Source: an archaeon HR01 | GTDB lineage: Archaea; Thermoproteota; Nitrososphaeria_A; Caldarchaeales; Caldarchaeaceae | Reading direction: 5' to 3' | DNA: 64,000 bases | Assembly: GCA_002898355.1 (NCBI GenBank) | Contig: BEHD01000005.1 | Coordinates: 34,411 to 98,410 of the forward strand | Part shown: one piece after another, positions 1-9,699 of the stretch | Position numbering within the stretch: position 1 is the stretch's first letter | Layout of the letters: each line of letters starts with the position of its first letter | The notes under the pieces: model-generated | Databases searched by the model: none | Seen by the model: the letters and a program-made list of their open reading frames with translations, nothing else | Told to the model about the DNA's origin: nothing | Program-made: the position numbers and the translations under genes

Positions 1-1340
1 TCCTCACATCCTTGCAGAGGTGGCAGTCGGAGATTTCGAAGACATAGGTATCCTCATCTTTCTCCACTATTGATATGTCCAGGTCCCAGCCGGTCTTCAG
101 GGTTAGAGCCACTATCTTGGGTAGGTGTTCAGGCTTAAAGACCGTGTAGGGTGTCCCCTCCAGTATCTTCACATACTTGAGGGCCGTCTCCCTGGCCGAG
201 AGCTCGCCGAAAAACCTAGTGGACTGCTGAACTTCAAGCTTGAGGTCAGGCCTATCCCCGAAGACAAAGTCTACCACGTTTTTCATAGCGGTCAGAACCG
301 CTATGTGGGCGTCTAGGGGGACGGTTCTAACCCTGCTACCTATAAAGCCTCTGGACATCCTAATGAGCTTCAGGGATAGGGATGAAGGTATTGAGAGTAG
401 CAGACGGCTTTTCAGCTTCAGAGAGTTCCTCTGCCCAAGCTTAGGCTCAGGCTCCACCTCCACCAGCTTGACCATCCCGGCCAAAACCCATCGGGACAGC
501 TTCTCCACAATCTCATCCCATCTATCGGGGAAGAGCTGCCTAACCTCCGAGACCCTACGGCCGTTCAAAGACGTCAGCAGCAGATAGTCGTTGAAGCTGA
601 TATTCTCGATGCTCACCTCCTTCTTCTCTATTACGTAGCCCTCCGAACGCTCCGTCAGAGCCCTCAAAATCTCCTCAGGGCTGGCCGGGCCTGGAAGCTT
701 GTCGATAAACTGGCCCTCCCACTCGATGAGGAGGCTGCCGCCCACGAGCTTGTACTGGAAGGTTTTGAGGTGGTATTGGGGGTCGCATACCCTTATCGGC
801 GTGAAATAGTAGTTGAAGATGTTCTCCTTCCTCACCACAGATATCTCCAACACACCGTCCAGCACAGCCATCAGCTTCTTCTCCAAATCCTCAAAGGTCC
901 CCTTGGGCAGCAGGTAGAACTCCAGATGGTTGGTCTGGGCCACGTCTTTCTTCCAAATCTCGAGGAGCCGGAGCACCTCGTCGGAGCCCCTCCTTATCAA
1001 AAGCTCAGGCAGATAGCTGTGGACCAAGACCCTGCTCTGGATAGTCCTCCTCAGCTGATTGACCTGTATAGAGACATCCTGAAGCGATTCAAGGGATATG
1101 GCTATCCTGCTCTTCTCAGGGACGGCATAGTGGGATGAGTGTATCTCGGTAAGCATCTCAGGGTCTCTAAACAGTGTTTTAATCAGGTTCCGGCCCTCCG
1201 AGAAGGTCTCGTCAAGCACTAGGACAGACATGCCGGGGTAGAGATGGACTATGTGGTCGAAGAGGGAGTGGCCGGTATATATTCGGGCCTCATGCACAGC
1301 TGTATGGGAGCCTCCTATATCCCCGCCCTGTAGATGCATT
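1..1340 (-). CDS. Hypothetical protein, truncated at the window edge. The N-terminus (MHLQGGDIGGSHTAVHEARIYTGHSLFDHIVHLYPGMSVLVLDE...) lies near 1340. The C-terminal part ends ...EISDCHLCKDVR, possibly a V4R-like Cys pair
   Basis: My own minus-strand translation gives one long open frame across 1..1340. The plus-strand ORFs listed here (125..316, 240..587, 770..1138) are short and look like antisense artefacts. No confident family assignment. Confidence 0.35.
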
Positions 1341-1378
1341 TATTACGTAGAGGATGGGCCTACTCAGTATTTTAGTTT

Positions 1379-2101
1379 TTATGCCTGGGGAGACCGCCCC
1401 TTCAAAGGGTTCAACGCCCTAACGATGACTACGCCGCCCAGCATCCTCTCAGAAACCGCCACTGAGCCAAAATATCGGGATATAAGGGATTTGAGACGGC
1501 TTGTCCTAGGATGCCTCCTGTAGGTGGGGTAGATTTTGGCCACCTCAAGCCCCCTCCTTCCCAGGTATAGGGCGGCGAGGAGGGGGGCGAAGACCCTCCA
1601 GTAGAGGCCGATTATGGTGGAGCGTACCCTGCTGTCGGGCTTCCCCAAATCCACTACAGTAAACCTCCCACCATCCGCCTTGGATACTCTATTCACCTCC
1701 TCCACAGCCTCCTCAAGCCGGAGGGAGTCCCTGAGGGAGAAACCCATAATCACCAAGTCGAAGCATGAGTCCCTGAAGGGAAGATGCTCGAAGACCCCCT
1801 GGACCCTGTGGGTTCTTCCATCATCACCCACCCTCGCAAGCATCTCAGCCAGAAAATCAGCCATCACAACATCACCCAGCCCCGGCCTGAGGGATAGGGC
1901 AACCCTGCCGAACACCCCGGTACCGCATCCTAGGTCTAGGACCCTGTCACCATCCCTCAGGCAGCCGGTCAAAGCCTCAACCCTGAAGAAAATATCGGTA
2001 TTGAAGGAGATAACCCTGTTGACACTGTCGTATATGTCGGCTATGTTTCTGAGGGAGTTGATGACGGCTTGCCAGTCATCCCGGAGGCCTAGACCCTCCA
2101 T
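1379..2101 (-). CDS. Class I SAM-dependent methyltransferase, UbiE/COQ5-like
   Basis: Motif VLDLGCGTGV (SAM-binding motif I) followed by acidic motif II, in a 240-aa protein. Confidence 0.6.
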   Translation of the reverse strand: MEGLGLRDDWQAVINSLRNIADIYDSVNRVISFNTDIFFRVEALTGCLRDGDRVLDLGCGTGVFGRVALSLRPGLGDVVMADFLAEMLARVGDDGRTHRVQGVFEHLPFRDSCFDLVIMGFSLRDSLRLEEAVEEVNRVSKADGGRFTVVDLGKPDSRVRSTIIGLYWRVFAPLLAALYLGRRGLEVAKIYPTYRRHPRTSRLKSLISRYFGSVAVSERMLGGVVIVRALNPLKGRSPQA

Positions 2102-2164
2102 CGGGCCGCTAGAAGCTACAGCACCATTTTAGTCTAAATAGCTCTCAACACCCGCTGATATGGG

Positions 2165-2935
2165 TTGAGCAGGTCCAGCAGCCTAGAGGAGGCGGCCCAG
2201 ATTCTCAGAACCCATTTCGGGATGAATAACTACCAGGCCAAGGCGTATCTAGCCCTTCTGAGGGGCTACACCACAGCCAGGGATATCTCTAGGAAGGCCG
2301 GCATACCCATCTCAAGGGTCTACGATATCTTAGAGAGCCTTGAGAGGGCGGGACTGGTGATAAGGTCTGAGGAAGGCTATCACGCCGCAGAGACGGCGAC
2401 AGCTCTTAGGAATAGGCTGGAGCAGATGCGGCAGATATTTGAGCGGCAGCAGGGTGAGAGGGAGACGGCGCTGGAGCGTTTTCTCTCCATCGTCTCCTCC
2501 CTATCTAGACATGAGACGGTGCAGCCTGAGTCTGCCGTGTTGAGGGGGCTGGAGGCCGTGGTGGTGAAGATGTTGGAGGCCTGTGGAAGGGCTGACGAGC
2601 TGGTCTTCACCGTCAGGAAAGCTGTGAAGCTCAAGGAGGAGTTTAAACGTGTCCTCACACCGCTGCCGAGGAAGAGGGTACTATTCCTCCTCCACCCCAA
2701 CGTCATGCTCGATGATGGAGATGCCGTCTTCCTAGAAAGGATGGGCGCCAGAATAGCTAGGAGCCAGGCTGTCCTAATGGATATGCTGGTGACAGATAGG
2801 GGTGAGGCCCTGATAGGGCTTCCCCTCGACGATGAGGAGCCTGTCGCTGTGTGGGTTAGGCATAAGGGCTTCGCAGACTCCCTCTATAAGGCCATCATGG
2901 AGGCTGCTGGCTGGGCTGCTGGACCGGCATCGTGA
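2165..2935 (+). CDS. TrmB-family transcriptional regulator (N-terminal winged HTH plus C-terminal sensor domain)
   Basis: N-terminus NYQAKAYLALLRGYTTARDISRKAGIPISRVYDILESLERAGLV is typical of a TrmB HTH. Confidence 0.55.
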   Translation: MSRSSSLEEAAQILRTHFGMNNYQAKAYLALLRGYTTARDISRKAGIPISRVYDILESLERAGLVIRSEEGYHAAETATALRNRLEQMRQIFERQQGERETALERFLSIVSSLSRHETVQPESAVLRGLEAVVVKMLEACGRADELVFTVRKAVKLKEEFKRVLTPLPRKRVLFLLHPNVMLDDGDAVFLERMGARIARSQAVLMDMLVTDRGEALIGLPLDDEEPVAVWVRHKGFADSLYKAIMEAAGWAAGPAS

Positions 2936-3488
2936 AAAAGGCTATAGTGAGGATTATAGATGCGACAAATATTATTATGAATCCAACCACCACAACCACT
3001 AGGACCGCGCCTATCAGGTAGAGTAGCCCCGCTGTCTTGAAGTATCCGGCCCCCATCCTCTCGCCGATGGCGTTTAACCCCCTCCTGAAGAAGATGGTGG
3101 ATACGATGAGGAAGACCCAGACAGCCAGCAGACCTATCAGCAGGGTTATGATGAAGAGGGGAATCCGGCCCCTAAAAAGCTCCCAGAACTCCTCAACCCT
3201 TGCCGGAGGCCCGCCAAGCCTGAAGAAGGAGAAGAACCCAGAGAACCCTACGGCCAAGCCCACCGCCAATCCCACAATACCCAGTATCACGGCGATGAGG
3301 ACGTCGTTGAATATCTTCTGCTCCCTCAAGGCGTCGGCTATCTGCTTTACGGCCACAAGAACCAGCACCAGACCGACAATGTAGAGGACGCCACCTGCGC
3401 TGGGCACTATGGAGAGAACCATAAGGAGGGAGCCTATCCCACCGAGAATCCTGGCCTGATCTAACCCATTCATAGTCTTCTCTATCAA
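2895..3488 (-). CDS. Polytopic membrane protein, unknown function
   Basis: Several hydrophobic helices, a Gly-rich segment, and a Q/P-rich C-terminus. Confidence 0.4.
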   Translation of the reverse strand: MIEKTMNGLDQARILGGIGSLLMVLSIVPSAGGVLYIVGLVLVLVAVKQIADALREQKIFNDVLIAVILGIVGLAVGLAVGFSGFFSFFRLGGPPARVEEFWELFRGRIPLFIITLLIGLLAVWVFLIVSTIFFRRGLNAIGERMGAGYFKTAGLLYLIGAVLVVVVVGFIIIFVASIILTIAFFTMPVQQPSQQPP

Positions 3489-3533
3489 TAGGGGAAATAT
3501 AAATTCTGGCTTCTTGGATTTGTTTAGAGGCTT

Positions 3534-5441
3534 ATGCTACCGTATGCTCCATGGCTATCATGGGTTATTCCCATCGTGGGAAGCCTTTTCATCCCGGCCT
3601 TCTTCCGTGCGGGTAAGAGGGCGGGTGAGATATATGCTGTGGCTGTGGCTTTTCTCGCAGCAGCCTTCAGTATCTCCATGCTGCCCGACGTCTATGGTGT
3701 TGGAGCCCACGGCATAACCATCAGCATTGACTGGATACCTTTGGGCCTTGACCGGTGGATAGATGCAAGCCTTCTCGTGGACCCCCTCAGCGTCCTGATG
3801 GCTAGCATAGCCACAGGTATAGGAGCCCTCATAATCCTATACAGCTTGGGCTACATGGCCCATGAGGAGGGGCTGCCACGCTACTACTTCTTCATGCTTT
3901 TCTTCATAGGTGGGATGACACTTCTCGTCATGTCCGAAAACTTCCTCATGCTCTACATCGGCTGGGAGATTGTGGGGCTATGCTCATACGCTCTGATAAG
4001 CTTCTACAACAAAAAGCCTGAAGCCAACCACGCAGGCATCAAAGCATTCGTTACGACAAGGATAGGGGATGCATCGATGCTCATAGGGATAGTTATGCTC
4101 TTCTCCCTCTTCGGCACCTTCAGCTTCACAGGCCTTGAGAAGGCTATGGCGTCCGCGCTGGAGAGCGGAGCAGTCTCAGCCGGGCTTCTAACCGTCGCCT
4201 TCCTCCTAATATTCGGCGGTGCGGTGGGCAAGTCAGCCCAGTTCCCCCTCCACGTCTGGCTGCCCGACGCCATGGAGGGGCCGACACCTGTCAGCGCCCT
4301 CATACACGCAGCCACGATGGTGAAGGCCGGCATATACCTCGTGGCCAGGATGATATTCACGGTGATTCCATTCGAAGCCTTCCCACCAGCCCTCTTCACC
4401 CAGTGGTACACCGTTATAGCGCTGATAGCCGGGTTCACAGCTCTCATGGCAGCCTCGATGGGCCTGGTCTCCTCAGACATTAAACGGGTCATCGCCTACT
4501 CCACCATAAGCCAGCTGGCCCTTATGCTGGCGGCTCTGGGCATGGCTTCTGAGATGGGATGGTTCGGAGGAGTATTCCATCTCCTAAGCCACTCCATCTT
4601 CAAAGCCCTCCTCTTCCTAGCGGCTGGAGCTGTCATACACGCGGTCCACACCAACAGCCTAGACGAGATGGGAGGTCTTAGGAGGCATATGCCCATAACC
4701 TTCTGGACATCTCTAATAGGTGTCCTCGCCCTAGCGGGACTTCCACCCCTCAGCGGGTTCTGGAGCAAGGATGTCGTCATCCAGTCCACGGTCGAGGCAG
4801 GGAACACCCTCGTCTACCTACTAGTTGCGGCCACATCCATACTAACATTCGTCTACGGTCTGAGATGGGTCTACAAGGTCTTCCTCGCACCACCAGCCAC
4901 CCACCACCACGAAGTCCACGAAGCCCCCAAAGTGATGACCATACCCCTAATAATCCTAGCAACACTCTCGCTTGGTATAGGCCTCTCAGGCCCGGTATTC
5001 GAGCCCCTCTTCGGAGAATATCTGGGGCTGGAGCACCATATAGAGGTCAGCCCTGTAACATATTTGACCTCTGGAATCATCCTAGCCCTCGGCGGCGGGT
5101 TGGGATATCTCTTCTATCTAGGCGGGAGAGCAAGTCCGGAGGCAGTTAGGTCTACGGCTCTGGGAGCCGCACTCCACAAACTACTAGTCAACAGATACTA
5201 TATCGACGCATTCTACTACAGGGTCTTCGTGGACGGCCTGGATAGGCTATCCTCCCTCACCCACCGCTTCCTTGAGCTGAAGGTGATAGACGGCTTCAAC
5301 TACGCCCTCACACGGGCCACAGCCTACATAGTCCAAGGCTTCCGAAACATACAGACAGGAGAGAGCAACATCAACATCAGCGGCCTTGTAATAGGGCTGA
5401 TAATACTCCTCCTACTCTTCATAAGACTCCTAACAGGGTAG
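3534..5441 (+). CDS. NuoL/MrpA-like proton-pumping antiporter subunit (complex I subunit L family), not embedded in a nuo operon
   Basis: Signature WLPDAMEGPTPVSALIHAATMVKAGIYL; about 16 TM helices; 635 aa. TATA-like element aaatataaatt lies about 40 nt upstream. Confidence 0.8.
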   Translation: MLPYAPWLSWVIPIVGSLFIPAFFRAGKRAGEIYAVAVAFLAAAFSISMLPDVYGVGAHGITISIDWIPLGLDRWIDASLLVDPLSVLMASIATGIGALIILYSLGYMAHEEGLPRYYFFMLFFIGGMTLLVMSENFLMLYIGWEIVGLCSYALISFYNKKPEANHAGIKAFVTTRIGDASMLIGIVMLFSLFGTFSFTGLEKAMASALESGAVSAGLLTVAFLLIFGGAVGKSAQFPLHVWLPDAMEGPTPVSALIHAATMVKAGIYLVARMIFTVIPFEAFPPALFTQWYTVIALIAGFTALMAASMGLVSSDIKRVIAYSTISQLALMLAALGMASEMGWFGGVFHLLSHSIFKALLFLAAGAVIHAVHTNSLDEMGGLRRHMPITFWTSLIGVLALAGLPPLSGFWSKDVVIQSTVEAGNTLVYLLVAATSILTFVYGLRWVYKVFLAPPATHHHEVHEAPKVMTIPLIILATLSLGIGLSGPVFEPLFGEYLGLEHHIEVSPVTYLTSGIILALGGGLGYLFYLGGRASPEAVRSTALGAALHKLLVNRYYIDAFYYRVFVDGLDRLSSLTHRFLELKVIDGFNYALTRATAYIVQGFRNIQTGESNINISGLVIGLIILLLLFIRLLTG

Positions 5442-5444
5442 GTG

Positions 5445-5849
5445 TTAGTGGCTGCGGGGGTTGATCGGCGATATCACCGCCGTCACCACGTTGTTGACTA
5501 TTTTCATGTTCTTCAATATCCCTGACCAAGGCAGCTTGACAAACTCCCTCTTACCGCCTCCCACTATCTTGACCGTGTTGCCCACAACCTCCACCGACAC
5601 CAGTCCCCTAGCCTGTATGATTAGATGGAGGAGGCCGTTCTCCTCCCTCATCTCATAGTAGATATCTTTCTGCCTGGCCTCCGAAGCCCCTCCGCCTCCC
5701 CTGAGGAGGAGGAAGAGTATAGCTGACAGCCCTCCGACGATGGCCAGATGTAGGGGGTGGAGATATATGGCCATGAAGACAGCCGCCACCGATAGTAGTG
5801 TCAGAAGCGTCAGAAGCCTCAGGACACCCAACCACGCCACCACAGCCAA
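5445..5849 (-). CDS. Hypothetical membrane-anchored protein
   Basis: N-terminal TM helices plus a Gly-rich soluble C-terminal domain; convergent with the NuoL-like gene. Confidence 0.3.
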   Translation of the reverse strand: MAVVAWLGVLRLLTLLTLLSVAAVFMAIYLHPLHLAIVGGLSAILFLLLRGGGGASEARQKDIYYEMREENGLLHLIIQARGLVSVEVVGNTVKIVGGGKREFVKLPWSGILKNMKIVNNVVTAVISPINPRSH

Positions 5850-5976
5850 CCTCTACATAAGGCATGATATATCCTCTAAGCCTTCTAGAGAACTCAATAT
5901 TCCCCGGATATTTTTTGGAAAATCTCTAGAGGTGTAGAGCGGGTTGTTCCAGGGTAGAGCCTATATCGCTGCTGGC

Positions 5977-6543
5977 CTAACCCAATTTAAAAATTTCCTT
6001 CAGGGTTTTATAGGAATATTCGGCGTGCCCGTTAGATAAAAAGACTATCTCATATCTCTTCTTATCTCCACCCAGCTTGAACCGCATATCGAGCCTGTTC
6101 CCTCTGAGCTTCATCTTCAACTCGTCGAGCTCACCGTAACCCGCTTTATACCCCACCATTACACGGGAGACCCTCCAAAACTTTTCCATCAGCTGTTGGA
6201 TGATCTGGGCAGCGTGGGTGTATTTGAGGCCGCTAAGCCTCGCTAACTCCGCATACCACGCCCTATCCTTCTCTTCGGCCCCTCGAATTCTCGCAAATAT
6301 CTGGCCTATAGCACTCCAGAACACATCCTCCTCAACGCTGCCGCTTCTATGGGTGAACCGTCCGGATTCAGGCCCCCTATCCGGCGCAAAACTCCGTACT
6401 TCATCCGTCACCAGCTCCACGAGGCTATTCTGGCAGAAGACGAGTAGACACCTTACTACCCCGCCGCCGAGCGTTCTCAGTGAGAAAGTCCGCCTCCACG
6501 CCTCCAGAACTATTCTCACCACATCATCGCCGGCTCCGCTCAT
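5977..6543 (-). CDS. Hypothetical protein
   Basis: 188-aa ORF with no recognisable motif. Confidence 0.3.
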   Translation of the reverse strand: MSGAGDDVVRIVLEAWRRTFSLRTLGGGVVRCLLVFCQNSLVELVTDEVRSFAPDRGPESGRFTHRSGSVEEDVFWSAIGQIFARIRGAEEKDRAWYAELARLSGLKYTHAAQIIQQLMEKFWRVSRVMVGYKAGYGELDELKMKLRGNRLDMRFKLGGDKKRYEIVFLSNGHAEYSYKTLKEIFKLG

Positions 6544-6688
6544 CAGCCATCCTCCAAAACCGGTTTCGGAAATAAATCTTTGCCATCCCAGTAAAATCTG
6601 GCCCCCGTTAGTGTGGCCGCCTCTTATAACAAGGGCCTACCCACATTATTATCGGTTTATATTCTGGCCGGTGACGGATAGGTGGTAG

Positions 6689-7270
6689 ATGCCGAGAAAA
6701 GGCAGGAACGGTGGAAGGAACGTTTTCAGAGTCCTTATACCCATCATACCCGCCGCATTACTCGTGGCTTTCATAGTCTACCTCATAACGATACCTCCCA
6801 ACCCGCCTCCCACAACAGTTCCCACCACGGCCAGCCAAGGTGATTTGGCGCCGGACTTCACCCTCAGAATCATAGACGGCGAGGGGTTGAAAGACCAGTC
6901 ATTCTCACTATCCGAAGTGAAGGGGAGACCGATCTTCATCGACTTCATCCATGAATGGTGCCCCCACTGCAACAACATGGCCAGCACAATTGACAGGCTT
7001 CACAGCCAATACGGCGATAGAGTGTTCTTCATCACCGTCGCAGGAAGCTCCAACACCACACCCGAGAAGACCGCCGAATATATTAGACGCCATCATATCT
7101 CCTGGACAACGGTCTACGACGACGGATTGAATGTCTTCAGACAGTTCGGCGTCCGTGGAACACCGACCTATATTGTCATCGGCCCTAACGGGATAATAGT
7201 AGGTAAGCTCGAGGGTGAGCAGCCATACACAGTATTGGAGCAGCTAGTCAAGAACGTAATAGGCGGCTGA
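6689..7270 (+). CDS. Membrane-anchored thioredoxin-like thiol-disulfide oxidoreductase (TlpA/ResA/DsbE-like)
   Basis: N-terminal signal anchor (VLIPIIPAALLVAFIVYLITI) and a WCPHC active-site motif in a thioredoxin fold. Confidence 0.65.
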   Translation: MPRKGRNGGRNVFRVLIPIIPAALLVAFIVYLITIPPNPPPTTVPTTASQGDLAPDFTLRIIDGEGLKDQSFSLSEVKGRPIFIDFIHEWCPHCNNMASTIDRLHSQYGDRVFFITVAGSSNTTPEKTAEYIRRHHISWTTVYDDGLNVFRQFGVRGTPTYIVIGPNGIIVGKLEGEQPYTVLEQLVKNVIGG

Positions 7271-7674
7271 GAAGCATCTACCTGACGTCAGCACTTCTAT
7301 CAGCCGCAGGCCTACTACTCTCAATATATCTAACCCTTCTGCCACCGCCAACCTTCTGCGATATCAACAGCTTCTTCTCATGCGACACCGTTCTCTCAAG
7401 CCCCTACGCCAAGATAGGCGGCATACCCACAGCCTTCCTAGGGGTTGCCTGGTTCGCAGCAGCTACAGCACTTTCACCACTATCCATCAGGTCCGCCAGA
7501 GCCTCGAAAACCCTCCTAACGCTGTCAGTGTTCGCAGCCGCAGGCGTGTCGGTGCTGGTCTATGTCGAGCTCGCCCTGATAGGCTCAGTATGTCTGCTAT
7601 GCACAGCAGCCCACCTCCTAGGCGTGGGTGTGCTGGCCACATCCATAGTAGGTCTGAGGTCTAGCCGCGTCTGA
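7267..7674 (+). CDS. VKOR (vitamin K epoxide reductase)-family membrane oxidoreductase. Open frame with no ATG/GTG/TTG at its 5' end. It overlaps the stop of the upstream thioredoxin-like gene in another frame.
   Basis: My translation: LRSIYLTSALLSAAGLLLSIYLTLLPPPTFCDINSFFSCDTVLSSPYAKIGGIPTAFLGVAWF...GSVCLLCTAAHLL. It has the VKOR loop Cys pair (Cx7C), the S.YA..GIP.A.LG motif and the TM4 CxxC (CLLC). It is missing from the ORF track because it lacks a canonical start. Confidence 0.5.
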   Translation: MRSIYLTSALLSAAGLLLSIYLTLLPPPTFCDINSFFSCDTVLSSPYAKIGGIPTAFLGVAWFAAATALSPLSIRSARASKTLLTLSVFAAAGVSVLVYVELALIGSVCLLCTAAHLLGVGVLATSIVGLRSSRV

Positions 7675-8017
7675 CAGCCGATAGGGATAGGGATGCTGCA
7701 CTGGCCGCCACAACGAAGAAGGAGAGGAATAGGTGGATTGCTTTCGCAACCTCAGGCCCTTCGGCGAATATCACCAGCCCGAAGACACCCTGTATGATGT
7801 ATAGGGCTAGGGTGAAGGAGACATCGTTGGCTGACGTGTGCCCCGATTTCCTGGCCGAATAAACAACACCCAGCAGTATCAGGAATGTGAGGAAGCCGAG
7901 GCCGACGTGGCCGAGGGTGTAGAGCTCACCCTCAACAAGCTTCAGATTGAATGCGATACCCTGAGCGAGCTGCAGGATTGTAAGGAGGGTCACTAGGCCC
8001 AAGGCTCTGGTTATCAT
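7661..8017 (-). CDS. Small integral membrane protein (3-4 TM), unknown function
   Basis: Hydrophobic 118-aa ORF. Confidence 0.35.
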   Translation of the reverse strand: MITRALGLVTLLTILQLAQGIAFNLKLVEGELYTLGHVGLGFLTFLILLGVVYSARKSGHTSANDVSFTLALYIIQGVFGLVIFAEGPEVAKAIHLFLSFFVVAASAASLSLSAVRRG

Positions 8018-8129
8018 GGGGACGGCGTCTACATGGCGCTATAAATTTTTGATGTGGCGCCGCTGGATTTGTTTATCCGCCCAAAAGATGGGGAGTGGTG
8101 GTTTTTCATGTTATTCTGCCATGTTCAAG

Positions 8130-8137
8130 TATAAATA
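8130..8137 (+). promoter_or_regulatory. TATA box (tataaata) about 33-45 nt upstream of the glnA start
   Basis: AT-rich octamer in an otherwise GC-rich intergenic region, at the expected archaeal promoter distance. Confidence 0.4.
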
Positions 8138-8170
8138 CTGCGTTTTACGTTAGTTGCAACTTGTTTAGGA

Positions 8171-9649
8171 GTGGTTGAGGACATGTTCCCGGCATACACC
8201 GACGCAGGGTTAAAGCCCTGGAGCTTCACCAAGGAGCAGGTACTGGAGATAATCAAGAAGGAGGGTGTTAGATTCATAGACCTGCAGTTTACGGACCTGC
8301 CCGGTAAGCTCCAGCATATAACAATCTCCTCCGGCTACCTTGACGCTGAGATGTTCTCCGAGGGCGTGCCAAAACTGGACGGCTCTTCGATAAGGGGCTT
8401 CGCAGAGATCTACGAGTCGGATATGCTTCTCAGGCCAGACCCAACCACCTTCGCAGTTCTGCCTTGGAGCCTCGACGGAAAGAAGACCGCCAGGATGATA
8501 TGTGATGTATACCGGGGGTTCGGGGGTGGAAGGTTCTCGAGAGACCCGAGGCTGGCAGCCCAGAGGGCTGAGGAATATCTGCGGGCCCAAGGATATGAGC
8601 CGTCGTACTGGGGTCCCGAGATAGAGTTCTTCGTCTTCGACAGAGTTAGCTGGGATGTCTCCACACCCTACCGGGGGCAGAGCTACGTGATAGAATCCCG
8701 GGAGGCCCCCTGGGAGGTGGACGGCAAATCGTTCCCAATCAGGTTTAAGGAGGGGTACTATCCCACGCCGCCGCAGGATACGTTGATGGAGTATAGGAAC
8801 GAGGTCTGCAGGCTCTTAACAGACTACTTCGGCGTTGAGGTTGATGCCCACCACCACGAGGTCGCCACCGCAGGGCAGTGCGAGATAGACATGAAGTATG
8901 ACACGTTGACGAGGATGGCTGACAAAGCCCAGACATACAAATATGTTACGAAGAATGTGGCCAGCCAGATGGGGATGGTGGCAACCTTCATGCCCAAACC
9001 CATCTTCGGCGATAACGCCTCCGGGATGCATATCCACATAAGCCTCTGGAGCGGTAGCAAAAACCTGTTCTACGACCCTGACGATGACTACGCCGAGCTG
9101 AGCCAGCTGGGCCGCTATTTTGTGGGAGGACTACTAGAGCATAGCAGAGCTCTCACAGCAATCGTCACACCCACCACCAACTCATTTAGGAGGCTGGTGC
9201 CTGGTTATGAGGCCCCTGTCTTTATCGCATGGAGCAGGTCCAACCGCTCAGCCAACATAAGAATACCCGTCTACCAGAGGGGTGCTGGCTCAGCCAAGAG
9301 GAAGAGGGTTGAGTTTAGGACGCCTGACCCATCGTGTAACCCCTACCTATGTTTTGCAGCGTTAGCTGCTGCCGGTGTTGACGGCATCAAGAAGAAGATG
9401 GACCCGGGAGACCCCGTCAACGAGGACATCTACAGGCTCAGCAGCGAGAAGAGGAGGGAGCTAAACATTAGAGAGCTACCCGGCAGCTTGAAGGAGGCGG
9501 TGGAATCTCTGGAGAGCGATAGGGAGTTTCTGAAACCCGTCATGGCCGACGACCTAGTGGATACGCTGATGGAGCTGGAGATGAAAAACTTCGTAGAGGT
9601 GAGCTCTAGGCCCCATCCATACGAGTTCTATCTCTACGCAGACGTTTAA
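8171..9649 (+). CDS. glnA: Glutamine synthetase type I
   Basis: FMPKPIFGDNASGMHIHISLW and other GS signatures; 492 aa. Confidence 0.9.
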   Translation: MVEDMFPAYTDAGLKPWSFTKEQVLEIIKKEGVRFIDLQFTDLPGKLQHITISSGYLDAEMFSEGVPKLDGSSIRGFAEIYESDMLLRPDPTTFAVLPWSLDGKKTARMICDVYRGFGGGRFSRDPRLAAQRAEEYLRAQGYEPSYWGPEIEFFVFDRVSWDVSTPYRGQSYVIESREAPWEVDGKSFPIRFKEGYYPTPPQDTLMEYRNEVCRLLTDYFGVEVDAHHHEVATAGQCEIDMKYDTLTRMADKAQTYKYVTKNVASQMGMVATFMPKPIFGDNASGMHIHISLWSGSKNLFYDPDDDYAELSQLGRYFVGGLLEHSRALTAIVTPTTNSFRRLVPGYEAPVFIAWSRSNRSANIRIPVYQRGAGSAKRKRVEFRTPDPSCNPYLCFAALAAAGVDGIKKKMDPGDPVNEDIYRLSSEKRRELNIRELPGSLKEAVESLESDREFLKPVMADDLVDTLMELEMKNFVEVSSRPHPYEFYLYADV

Positions 9650-9699
9650 AAACCGGATTAAGTCCTTTTATATCAGCTCACACCATCAACAGTCAGGGA

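Noticed and set aside
125-1138. Plus-strand ORFs 125..316, 240..587, 770..1138 and 1251..1523
   Set aside because: They are antisense to one long minus-strand reading frame (1..1340) with much better coding character. They are short and look like high-GC antisense artefacts.
7380-7664. ORF-track 94-aa ORF MRHRSLKPL...
   Set aside because: Wrong frame. The same DNA in the frame opening after the TGA at 7216-7218 encodes a clean VKOR domain, whereas this frame is Arg/Ser-rich nonsense.
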